Notes: a model not told the origin generated them from the sequence alone. Shown: positions 29,357-40,210, counted from the first letter of the stretch. The stretch is DNA of 64,000 nt from an uncultured delta proteobacterium (GCA_963789395.1 CAWBKP010000021.1:1-64000), one strand, 5' to 3'. A program made the numbers and translations.

Positions 29357-32300
29357 ATGAGCAACATGACTCCGGTAGGATCTGTTTTGGTTGTTGGCGG
29401 TGGTATCACGGGTATGCAGTCGGCTCTGGATCTGGCTGAAGCTGGATACTATGTTTACCTGGTTGAAGAAAGCCCGGCTATTGGCGGCGCCATGGCCCAG
29501 CTGGATAAGACGTTTCCCACCAACGATTGTTCCATGTGAATTATCTCCCCAAAACTGGTCGAGGTCGGCCGGCACATGAACATCGAACTTCTTACCCTTT
29601 CCAAAGTAACTTCCATTTCCGGCGATTCCGGCGATTTTACCGTTACCCTAAAACAGTCCCCCCGTTTTGTGGATATGGAAAAATGTATTGCCTGCGGCAC
29701 CTGCGCGGAAAAATGTCCGGCGAAAACCTCGGACCCATTCAATGAGGGGCTGGCCAAGCGAAAAGCCATTTACGTCCCGTATGCCCAGGCAGTGCCGCTG
29801 AAATATGCCATTGACAAGAATCAGTGTATTTATTTTAAAAAAGGAAAATGCCGGGCCTGTGAAAAATTCTGTCCGACAAACGCCATTAAATTTGATGACA
29901 CTGAAAAGGACATTACCCTCAATGTGGGTTCGGTCATCCTGACAGCCGGCTTTACCCCGTTTAATCCGGGCAAATTCGATAATTACCAGCACACCAAATT
30001 CCCCAATGTGGTGACCAGCATGGAATTCGAGCGGATTCTGTCTGCGGGCGGGCCTTTCGGGGGCCATATCCACCGTCTCTCGGATGGAAAAGAACCCAAG
30101 AAGATCGCCTGGCTCCAGTGCGTGGGATCACGCGATATGAACCGCTGCGACAATGAATACTGCTCGTCTGTCTGCTGCATGTATGCCATCAAGGAGTCGG
30201 TGATCGCCAAGGAGCATCTCGGGCCGGATTTTGAGCCCGCCATTTTTTTCATGGACATGCGGACCCACGGCAAGGACTTTGAAAAATATTACGACCGCGC
30301 CAAATCCCAGGGAGTCCGCTTTATCCGCTCCAGGGTTCATACCATTACCGAAATCGATGCAACCGGAACCCTTAACCTGGTGTACGCAACAGACGCCGGG
30401 GAGCGGGTGTCCGAAGACTTCGACATGGTGGTGCTTTCCGTTGGCATGGAACCGGCGGCATCCGCCATTGAGGCTGCCAAAACCCTGGGCGTGGAGCTGA
30501 ATTCCTATAAATTCGTCAAAACATCCGATATGGCCCCGGTTGCCACATCACGGAAAGGCATTTTTGTGGCCGGCGCGCTTCAGGGCCCAAAGGATATTCC
30601 CCAGTCCGTGGTCGAAGCCAGCGCAGCGGCCTGTTCCGCAGGGATCAATCTGTCAGCGGCCAGAGGAACGCTGGTCAAGGATAAAGCTTTTCCAGACGAA
30701 CTGGCAGTTCAGGACCAGGAGCCGCGAATCGGCGTATTCGTCTGCAACTGCGGCATCAATATCGGCGGCATTGCCGATGTCCCGGCTGTTGCAGCCTATG
30801 CCAGGGAACTGGGTCATGTGGTCTATACCGAAGAGCCTCTTTTTGCCTGCAGCCAGGATGCCCAGGAGAAAATGGTCGAGGTCATTAAGGAGCAGCGCCT
30901 GAACCGCATCGTGGTTGCGGCCTGTACGCCGAGAACGCACGAGCCGCTGTTTCAGGAAACCATTCGAAACGCGGGATTGAATGCCTATCTGTTCGAGATG
31001 GCCAATATCCGGAATCAGTGCACCTGGGTTCATTCGGCGGAAAAGGAAAAGGCAACGGACAAGGCCAAGGATCTGGTCCGGATGGCAATAAGCCGTGCAA
31101 CGCTGCTGGAGGCGATTCCTTCCCTGTCTGTAGACGTCAACAAGTCCGCCCTGGTTATCGGCGGGGGCGTTGCCGGCATGACCGCGGCCCTTAGCCTTGC
31201 GGACCAAGGCTTTAGCGCAACACTTGTCGAGAAGTCAGGCAGTCTGGGCGGCGCTGCCCGGGATGTGCACACGACCTGGTCCGGGGAAGATGTACAGCTG
31301 TTTCTGAAAGATCTGATCGAGCGTGTCAGCCGGCATCCCCGGATTACGGTTTTGACCTGGGCTGAAGTCGTGGAGGCGTCCGGTTTTGTGGGAAATTTTG
31401 AAACACGGGTTCAGGCCGGCGATAACTCCCATGTGATTCAACACGGCGTTGCCATTGTGGCAACCGGCGGTCAGGCGGCCGGAACCGAAGAATATCTTTA
31501 CGGCAAGCATCCGTCAGTCACCCGGTGGCATGATCTGGAGAACCATCCGGAAATGCTGTCCGGAGCAGGAAGCGTTGTCTTTATTCAATGTGTGGGCTCA
31601 CGGGATGAAAAGCGGCCTTATTGCTCCCGGATCTGCTGTTCGGCATCCGTATCCCAGGCCATTGCCATCAAGGAAAAACAGCCGCGAAACCGATGTATTT
31701 GTCATTTACCGGGACATCCGGACCTTTGGTGAACGGGAAATTCTCTATAAGAAGGCCAGGGAAAAAGGCGTGATCTTTGTCCGCTACAGCCTGGAGAAAA
31801 AACCCGTTGTGTCGCAAGCTCCCGATGGGCTCGACGTCCGGGTATTTGACCCGATTCTTCAGAAAGAGCTCCTGATTCATGCGGATCTGGTGAATCTGGC
31901 AACCGCTATCGAGCCTTCCACCAATGCGGATATTGCCGCATTTTACAAGGTTCCGGTCAATGCCGAGAATTTTTTCATGGAAGCCCATGCCAAGCTGAGG
32001 CCCGTGGATTTTGCATCGGACGGCCTGTTTGTCTGCGGTCTGGCCCATTATCCCAAGTCGCTGGATGAAAGCATTGCCCAGGCAATGGCTGCTGCCGGAC
32101 GTGCCGCCACGGTTCTGGCCAGAACCTCCATCCAGATATCCCCGCTGGTCTCTCAGGTCAACCGGGATCTGTGTATCGGTTGCGGCCTGTGTACCGAAGT
32201 CTGCCCCTTTGGCGCCATTATTCAGGAAGATGTGGATGGCAAGGGCTTTAAAGCCAAAAACATTTCCGCGTCCTGTAAGGGATGCGGGCTTTGCGCTTCG

Positions 32301-32378
32301 TCCTGCCCGAAGAAGGCCATTGATATGCTGCATTTCCGGGATGATCAGATCGTTGCGGCTGTCTGTGCGGCAGTTTAA
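29357..32378 (+). CDS. hdrA: Long (~1000 aa) HdrA-like flavo-Fe-S protein, selenocysteine-containing (UGA 29537-29539; frameshift near 31684)
   Basis: [20 protein letters not shown] where HdrA has C-x-x-C; two GxGxxG motifs; CVGSRD/CSSVCC and [26 protein letters not shown]. Confidence 0.92.
29555..29572 (+). promoter_or_regulatory. SECIS-like hairpin, hdrA1
   Basis: CTGGTCG-AGGT-CGGCCGG, starting 15 nt after the UGA. Confidence 0.75.
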
Positions 32379-32417
32379 CGCAGGTGAATTATTAATCATT
32401 ATCCAAAAGGTGTAAAT

Positions 32418-33167
32418 ATGGAACAAGCTGAACCCAAAATCGTTGCGTTTCTCTGTAACTGGTGCGCCTATGCCGGAGCTGACCTGGCAGGGGTGTCCAG
32501 GCTTCAGCACTCTTCGAACATGAGAACCGTCCGGGTCATGTGTTCGGGGCGCGTGGATCCGCTCTTTATTGTTCAGGCACTGAAAAGCGGGTGCGACGGG
32601 GTTCTGGTGGCCGGCTGACATTTCGGCGACTGCCATTACCTGGAAGGTAATATCCAAGCTGAAAAAAAGATTCTCATGACCCAAAAACTGCTGAAACTCT
32701 CCGGGATCGGCGAGGGACGGCTTCACCTGGCATGGCTTTCTTCCGCCGAAGCCCAGCGGTTTGTCGATATATCTTCATCGGTTATCGACGATGTCAAGTC
32801 CCAGGGAAAATTCGATGCCGAGCTGTTTTCTATGGAGCTGGCTGCTGCCGAAGAAACACTGAAAGCCGAAACCCTGCGCTGGATGGTCGGAAAAGAAGTG
32901 AAACTGCTGGCCAGAGGTGATGTGTACGGCCGCAAATGGGAAAAGGCGCGATTTGAGGCGATTCTGGATGACGTGCTGGAAAGGGAATATCACATGCAGT
33001 TGATTCGCCAGGCTATCCTTGCCGGGCATACTTCCGTCAGAGCCATCAGCCAGCGAATCGGACTGAATCTAAAACGGATTTCCTATCTGCTGGCGGATAT
33101 GGAAAAGACAAATATGGTCGAATTCAAAGGGCATACGGAGTGTGTTCCGGTGTTCGGAGCGTTATAA
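32418..33167 (+). CDS. mvhD: MvhD-like [2Fe-2S] subunit with C-terminal winged-helix-like extension, selenocysteine-containing (UGA 32616-32618)
   Basis: FLCNWCAYAGAD, VMCSGRVD, GVLVAG-TGA-HFGDCHY (canonical GCHxGDCHY); the frame stays open to 33167. Confidence 0.9.
32635..32651 (+). promoter_or_regulatory. SECIS-like hairpin, mvhD1
   Basis: ATTACCT-GGA-AGGTAAT, 16 nt after the UGA. Confidence 0.78.
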
Positions 33168-33301
33168 AAACGGCTGAAGGCAGAATGCTTTTATCATTAT
33201 TTGCATTCGGCCTGTTGCCTGCTTATACTTACTACTGCTGAAATAATAAAGTAACATCACGTCTAACATAGCGTAGCGTTCTCTGCGCTAGAGGAGTTAT
33301 C

Positions 33302-36300
33302 ATGGGATCGGTTCATGGCAAGACAAGTGGATCAGTGATGGTCGTGGGTGCCGGTATTGCCGGTATGCAGGCTGCGCTGGATCTGGCCAATTCAGATTAT
33401 TATGTGCATCTCGTTGATAAGCTGCCGACGGTCGGGGGCATGATGGCCCGGCTGGACAAGACCTTTCCGACCAATGACTGCGCGATGTGAGTGATCTCAC
33501 CCAAACTGGTCGAGGTCGGCCGGCATCTGAACATCAATATCATCACCAACAGCGAAATTAAAACAGTCGAAGGAGAGCCCGGGGATTTTACCGTCACCCT
33601 GGTCAACCACCCCCGTTACATTGATCCGGTCAAATGCACGGGCTGCGGGGAATGCGCCCGGCACTGCCCGGTCACCGCGGTCAACCGCTACAACAAGGGG
33701 CTTGACGATAGGCGGGCCACCTTCATCGAATATCCGCAGGCAGTTCCCTTGGCTTTCGGCATCGACACCGACACCTGTATCGGGTGCGGGCTATGTGAAA
33801 ACATGTGCGTCGCTAAAGCCATTGTGTATGATGACACCGAGCGGGAGTCCGCACTGACCGTCGGCTCCATCATTCTTGCCTCCGGCAGTCAGGGATATGA
33901 TCCTTCCAAGCTGGATTTTCTGGGGTATGGCAAATCCGCCAACGTCGTCACCAGCGAGGAATTCGAACGCATTTTGAGCGCTTCGGGCCCGTATCGGGGG
34001 CACCTGTGCCGGCCTCTGGACCGGGAAGAACCCAAAAAGATCGCCTGGCTCCAGTGCATCGGATCCCGGGATACCAATAAATGCGGAAACGGTTACTGCT
34101 CCTCGGTCTGCTGCATGTATGCGGTCAAGGAAGCCATGATCGCCAAGGAACATGCCCACTGCGATCTGGATTGCGCCATCTTCAACATGGACATCCGCAC
34201 CTTCGGCAAGGATTATGAAAAATATTACCTGAGGGCCAAAGACAAGGACGGGGTCCGGTTCATCAAGTCCAGGGTCCATACGGTTACCGAAATTCCGGAA
34301 ACCGGGGACCTGGCCGTTCGATACGTGAATGAGGCAGGAGAGACGCTGGAAGAAACGTTCAGCATGGTGGTGCTTTCAGTCGGGCTTCAGGTGCCTGAAA
34401 CCTCAAAAATTCTGGCCCAGCAGCTGGGAATCGAATTGGATCAGTACAATTTTGTTCAAACCGATCCTTTCACGCCTGTAGCCACATCCCGGAAAGGGGT
34501 GTATACCTGCGGGGTGTTTCAGGGGCCCAAGGACATTCCCGGCTCCATCACCGAGGCAAGCGCGGCAGCCTGCGCGGCAGGCTCAGATCTTAGCGTGGCC
34601 CGCGGCACCGATACCAAGGTCATCGAGATGCCGGATCAGCAGGATGTGGCAGCGGAAACACCGCGGATCGGGGTCTTTGTCTGCAACTGCGGCATCAATA
34701 TCGGCGGCGTTGTGAATGTTCCTGCGGTCGCCGAATATGCTGCTGGCCTGCCATATGTGGCCTATACGGATCAGAACCTGTTCACCTGTTCTCAGGATAC
34801 TCAGGACAAGATCAAGGAAAAGATCATCGAGCACAAGCTGAACCGCGTGGTTGTGGCATCCTGCAGTCCCAAGACCCACGAGCAGATGTTCATGGAAACC
34901 CTGGAGGCCTGCGGACTGAACCGCTATCTCTTTGAAATGGCCAACATCCGCAATCAGAATTCCTGGATTCATTCCAAGACGCCGGAAATCGCCACCCAGA
35001 AGGCCAAGGATCTGGTTCGAATGGCCGTGGCCCGCTCCGCAACGCTCAAGCAGCTCAAGGAAAAAGTCATTTCCGTCAACAAGCAGGCCCTGGTTATCGG
35101 CGGCGGCGTTGCCGGAATGAATGCGGCCCTGGGGCTGGGAAAACAGGGATTCCAGGTGGCGCTTCTTGAAAAAGAGACCTCGCTGGGAGGCTACTCCCGG
35201 ATGCTGCACCATACCATTGAAGGCGGAGATATTCAGGCGTATCTGAACGATTTGATCGTGGAGGTTACAACCCACGATAAAATCGAAGTGATTACGGGCG
35301 CCCGGGTGACGGACTTCAGCGGATATAAGGGAAATTTCTCAACCACCGTTCTGGTCGGCCCGGAAAACGAAAAGCGCACCATCAAGCACGGCATCATCAT
35401 TGTCGCCACCGGCGCCAGGGAATATATGCCCAAGGAATATTGTTTTAATCAGGATCCGCGGGTGGTGACGCAGGTTCAGCTCGGGGATATCCTGGAGGAA
35501 AAAGGCGCCGGTGATCTGTCATCGGTGGTCATGATCCAGTGTGTGGGTTCCAGAAACGAGGAAAATGTAAACTGCTCCCGGATCTGCTGCCAGAATGCGG
35601 TTAAAAACGCCTTGATCATCAAGAAACAGAACCCAGAAACCAATGTGTTTGTGCTGTACCGGGATATTCGGACCTACGGCTTGATGGAAGACTTTTACAA
35701 GGAAGCCCGTAATCTGGGGGTTATCTTCATCCGGTTTGAAGCGGACCATCCGCCTCTGGTTGCACCTGGTGCAGATGGCATGATGGTGACGGTAAAAGAC
35801 CATATCCTGAGACGGGATCTGGAGATTCAGGCCGATCTGGTGGTCCTGAGCGCCGGCATGGTGGCTGAAGACACCACCGAGCTTTGCAGCATCATGAAAT
35901 TCAACCGCAACCCGGAAGGTTTTTTCATCGAAGCCCATGTCAAGCTGCGCCCCGTGGATATGCCGGGAGACGGCATATTTCTTTGCGGAACGGCCCATGG
36001 TCCCAAACTGATAACAGAAACCATCGCCCAGGCCCAGGCAGCAGCTTCCCGGGCCACGACGTTTTTATCCAAATCCGAAATCAAACTTTCGGCCATTACC
36101 GCCCAAGTGGATACGGAACACTGCGTAAAATGCCTGACCTGTGTCAGGTCCTGTCCCTTCAACGTGCCGGTCTTTAATACCGAAAAACAGGTCATTGAAA
36201 TAGATGAGGCCATCTGCCACGGATGCGGCATATGCGCCGGCGTATGCCCCAGGGAGACGATTCAGCTCAATTATTATGAAAATGATCAGATACTATGTAA

Positions 36301-36331
36301 AATTGATGCCTTGTTGGCGGGGGGGATGTGA
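33302..36331 (+). CDS. hdrA: Second long HdrA-like protein, selenocysteine-containing (UGA 33488-33490)
   Basis: [20 protein letters not shown] in frame with the 946-aa ORF; same domain layout as hdrA1. Confidence 0.94.
33506..33523 (+). promoter_or_regulatory. SECIS-like hairpin, hdrA2
   Basis: Identical to the hdrA1 hairpin, 15 nt after the UGA. Confidence 0.75.
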
Positions 36332-36765
36332 TGGCCGAATTTGAACCAACCATTATCACATTTTGCTGCGATTATTGAGGGTATTCAGCCGCGGACCTGG
36401 CAGGTTCGATGCGACTCGATTATCCGGCAAATATTAAAATCATCCGGGTACCCTGTACCGGGAAAGTGGATTTGATGTACCTGCTGAGCGCGATTCAGAA
36501 AGGCGCTGACGGCGTTTATGTAGTAGGCTGCCTGGAAGGTTCCTGTCATTACAAAGAGGGAAATTTCAAGGCCAGACAGCGGGTGGAACAGGCCCGCGCT
36601 TTGCTTGAGGAAGTCGGTCTGGAAGGGGATCGCGTTCGCATGTACAATCTTTCTTCCGGTGAAGGACCGACATTTGCGGCGTATGCAAAAGAAATGACGG
36701 AACATATAAAGGTGCTGGGGCCCAATCCATTAAAAAAACGGGTGGAACATCCTGCAAAAGCATAA
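36331..36765 (+). CDS. mvhD: MvhD-like [2Fe-2S] subunit, selenocysteine-containing (UGA 36376-36378)
   Basis: MAEFEPTIITFCCDY-TGA-GYSAADLAG (canonical CxxC), VPCTGKVD, GCLEGSCHY; start overlaps the hdrA2 stop (TGATG). Confidence 0.92.
36392..36408 (+). promoter_or_regulatory. SECIS-like hairpin, mvhD2
   Basis: CGGACCT-GGC-AGGTTCG, 13 nt after the UGA. Confidence 0.72.
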
Positions 36766-36780
36766 CCTAAGGAGTAGATC

Positions 36781-38098
36781 ATGGCAGAGGAAGCAATCAA
36801 ACTAGGCGGTAAAAAGAAAAGTATGTTCATCGACAAAGTCAAGGAGATTATCCCGGACGGGGGAAATCTGAATCTTTGTCTGACCTGCGGGGCCTGCTCT
36901 TCCGGGTGTCCTGCGACGGGACTTGAGGGAATGGATCCCCGAAAATTCCTGCGCATGGCGGCGCTGGGGATGGATGAGGAAATCATCAAATCGGACTGGC
37001 CCTGGATGTGTACGATGTGCCAGCGCTGCATCTATGTCTGTCCGATGAAGATAGACATTCCGCAGCTCGTATACAATGCCCGCGGCTGCAGACCCCGGGA
37101 TCAGCGTCCCAAAGGCATTCTGGGGTCCTGTGATATGGCGCTTCGAAACGACAGCACCAGCGCCATGGGAACATCTCCGGACGATTTTATCTTTGTGGTG
37201 CAGGATGTGCTGGAGGAGTTCAGGGAAGCGCAGCCGGAATTTGCAGACATGGAGGCGCCCATTGATAAAGAGGGTGCGGAATTCTTTTTGAATCAGAATT
37301 CCAGGGAGCCCGTGACCGAACCCAATGAAATGGTTCCTTTATGGAAAATACTCCATCTTGCCGGGGCGGACTGGACGTATGGCAGCCATGGCTGGGCCGG
37401 AGAAAACTATTGCCTGTTTCTGGCGGATAATGATTCCTGGGAGAAAATACCCGAACAACGGTCAATCAGGCCAATAAGCTGGGGTGTAAGATCTTTCTCA
37501 ATACCGAGTGAGGGCACGTCACATTCTCAGTCCGGGCCGGACTGAAAAAATTCAACATCGAACACAATTTTGAAGTCAAGAACATCTATGAATATTATGC
37601 CAAATGGATCCGTGAAGGAAAACTGAAGGTCAATTCCGACTGGAACAAGGATTTGAAGATCAAGTTCACGGTTCAGGATCCCTGCCAGATCGTTAGAAAG
37701 ACCTTTGGCGATCCCATTGCCGAAGATCTTCGATTCGTGGTCAAATCCGTAGTGGGTGAAGAAAATTTTATCGACATGCAGCCCAACAAATCGAATAACT
37801 ACTGCTGCGGCGGCGGTGGCGGATTCCTGCAGTCCGGATTCAAGGACCAGCGTCTGTTATATGGAAAGCTCAAAGATGAGCAGATCAAAGCACGGGAGCG
37901 GACTACTGCATTGCCGGATGTCACAACTGCCATGCCCAGATTCACGAACTGAGCGAGCATTATGGCGGACACTATCCGGTCGTCCATCTCTGGACCCTCA
38001 TCTGCCTTTCTCTGGGAGTACTCGGACCGAACGAACGGGAATACTTGGGAGATGATCTGAAAGAAGTGAATGTATTCCATCCGGAGACGGCCGAATAA
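36781..38098 (+). CDS. HdrC/HdrD(GlpC)-like Fe-S protein with CCG domain, selenocysteine-containing (UGA 37509-37511; frameshifts near 37450 and 37890)
   Basis: CLTCGACSSGCP and CTMCQRCIYVCP; manual reading IFLNTE-TGA-GHV (canonical ECGH) in frame with QDPC...CCGGGGG; then GCHNC in the next frame. Confidence 0.85.
37527..37545 (+). promoter_or_regulatory. SECIS-like hairpin, hdrD-like gene
   Basis: Perfect TCAGTCCG-GGC-CGGACTGA, 15 nt after the UGA. Confidence 0.78.
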
Positions 38099-38113
38099 TA
38101 TAAAGGAGGGCAT

Positions 38114-38792
38114 ATGATCGTTGCCAAACGAAAACCGTTTGAAGAAATCAAGCAGCTTCTCAAGGGCTATAAAAAAGTCCTGAACGTGGGATGCGGAACC
38201 TGCGTCGCGGTCTGCCTGGCCGGCGGTGAAAAAGAAGTTTCCGTATTGAATGCGGAGCTGGATATGGCCAGAAGAATCGATGACAACCCGATCGAGATAT
38301 CCGGGATAACCATCGAGCGCCAGTGCGACCGGGAATATCTGGAAGCGCTGGATGCAAAAGTCGGCGAGTACGAGGCCCTGCTGTCCATGGCCTGCGGCGC
38401 CGGCATTCAGTTTCTGGCGGAACGCTATCCCAATATCCCGGTGCTGCCGGCGGTGGATACCACGTTTATCGGCGTGAATCAGGCCGTGGGCTGGTACGAG
38501 GAAAGATGCCGGTCTTGCAGCAGCTGCGTTCTGGGGCAAACCGGCGGTATCTGTCCGGTGACCATGTGCGCCAAAGGGCCTCTATAACGGCCCCTGCGGC
38601 GGCACCAATAAGGGAAACTGCGAAATAGATCCCAACCAGCCTTGCGCCTGGTATGCGATTTACGAGCGTTTAAAGGGCCAGGGTCGCCTGGAATGCATTC
38701 TGGAAATCACCCCGGCCAATGACTGGCAGAACCAGATACCACGAACCGTCATTCAGCCCGGTTACAGCAAACCGGAAACAGCCGGAAAATAA
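38114..38792 (+). CDS. metV: Methylene-THF reductase subunit MetV (frameshift near 38578)
   Basis: GCGTCVAVC.AGG, RQCD, MACGAG, CRSCSSC.L..TGGICP...CAK; NGPCGG and PCAW in the next frame. Confidence 0.92.
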
Positions 38793-38805
38793 TGAGGAAG
38801 CCGAT

Positions 38806-39732
38806 ATGAAATCAGGAAGCAATTTAGAAAAAATCTTAAAGGCTGGTCATTTTGCATTTACGGGCGAACTGGGGCCGCCCAGGGGAACCGGCATGGATGA
38901 GGTCAAACACAAAGCCTCTTTCTTGAAGGGGATGGTGGATGCCGTCAACATTACGGACAACCAGACCGCCGTGGTTCGCATGGCGAGCTGGGCCGCCTCC
39001 CTGATCGTGCTTCAGGAAGGCCTTGAGCCCAATTACCAGATGGTGTGCCGCGATCGAAACCGACTGGCCATGCAGAGCGATATTCTGGGTGCCTACACCC
39101 TTGGTATTCGAAACATGCTGTGTCTGTCCGGAGACCATCAGAAGTTCGGGGATCATCCGCAGGCCAAGGGCGTTTTTGACATCGATTCCATGCAGCTCAT
39201 TTCCATGGTCAAAAACATGCGCGATGAAGGCAAGTTTCTGGGTGGAACGGAAATCGAGCATCCGCCGAAAATCTTTATCGGCGCGGCAGCCAATCCCTTT
39301 GCCGATCCGTTTGAGTGGCGGGTGCATCGTCTGGCCAAGAAAGTTGCGGCCGGCGTGGATTTTATTCAGACCCAGTGCATCTACAACATGGAAAAATTCC
39401 GCAACTTCATCAAGATGGCCAATGACATGGGACTTACCGAAAAAGTGTATATCCTTGCAGGGGTTACGCCCATGAAGAGCGTGGGTATGGCAAGATATAT
39501 GAAAGCAAAGGTTCCGGGCATGGATGTGCCAGATGAGATCATCAAGCGGCTTCAGGGTGTTGACAAGACAAAGGTTGCCGATGAAGGCATCAAGATCGCC
39601 TGTGAGCAGATCGAAGAATTCAAGGAGCTCAAGGGCGTGGCCGGCGTTCACCTGATGGCCATTGAGTGGGAGCACAAGGTTCCGGAAATCGCCGAAAGAG
39701 CGAAAGTTCTTCCCAGGCCGGTTGTGGACTGA
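38806..39732 (+). CDS. metF: Methylene-THF reductase catalytic subunit MetF
   Basis: TGELGPP, NITDNQTA, CRDRNRLA, LCLSGDH, KKVAAGVDFIQTQ. Confidence 0.96.
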   Translation: MKSGSNLEKILKAGHFAFTGELGPPRGTGMDEVKHKASFLKGMVDAVNITDNQTAVVRMASWAASLIVLQEGLEPNYQMVCRDRNRLAMQSDILGAYTLGIRNMLCLSGDHQKFGDHPQAKGVFDIDSMQLISMVKNMRDEGKFLGGTEIEHPPKIFIGAAANPFADPFEWRVHRLAKKVAAGVDFIQTQCIYNMEKFRNFIKMANDMGLTEKVYILAGVTPMKSVGMARYMKAKVPGMDVPDEIIKRLQGVDKTKVADEGIKIACEQIEEFKELKGVAGVHLMAIEWEHKVPEIAERAKVLPRPVVD

Positions 39733-39755
39733 CGTTACCGGTAAATAAAAATGTC

Positions 39756-39792
39756 AAAAAACCCGAACCGGTTCGCCGGCTCGGGTTTTTTT
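39756..39792 (+). terminator. Intrinsic (bidirectional) terminator closing the hdr-mvh-met operon
   Basis: AAAAAACCCGAACCGG-TTCG-CCGGCTCGGGTTTTTTT. Confidence 0.88.
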
Positions 39793-39898
39793 GTATTGAT
39801 AGCCGAGAGTGAACATGTTACCCGCCACATAACAGGGGATAAACGCAACGACTGTCTCGGGCTATAAAACCTTCAGCCCGAGCGCTCCGGAGGGGGGG

Positions 39899-40210
39899 TT
39901 AGACAGGACCGATTTTAAACCGGATGTCGTTAACCACGTTTTTATTGAGCATGGTGTTGATCTGCAGGATCATTTCTTTTTTGCTGAATTGCAGGTGATG
40001 GGTCCAGGCCGAACTGTTCACATGCACGATGAGAAGGGGGGCTTTATAAGCGGCGGGCCGGACATGCTCGGACAGGGACTTGCCGACAATGTCGTCCCAG
40101 AGGCTGCAGATGGCGATAAACGTGTCGATTTTATCCGTATGCATCGCTTTCATGGCTCTGGGTAAAATGAGGCTGATATGCTCAAGCGGTCTGGAAGTTG
40201 TATCTTTCAT
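39899..40210 (-). CDS. dciA: DciA/DUF721 family protein
   Basis: WDDIVG...HVRP...LIVHVNSSAW..HL...I...IN...DIRF. Confidence 0.85.
   Translation of the reverse strand: MKDTTSRPLEHISLILPRAMKAMHTDKIDTFIAICSLWDDIVGKSLSEHVRPAAYKAPLLIVHVNSSAWTHHLQFSKKEMILQINTMLNKNVVNDIRFKIGPV

Noticed and set aside
29300..37545. Treating the hdrA, mvhD and hdrD TGA codons as nonsense mutations (pseudogenes) or sequencing errors
   Set aside because: All five are TGA at conserved Cys columns with downstream hairpins, whereas the other errors in this window are indels.
15906..38539. Long antisense or alternate-frame ORFs in the track (e.g. 18121-19122, 24520-25605, 31668-32726, 37799-38539)
   Set aside because: They are shadows of well-supported genes, with no motifs or RBS.
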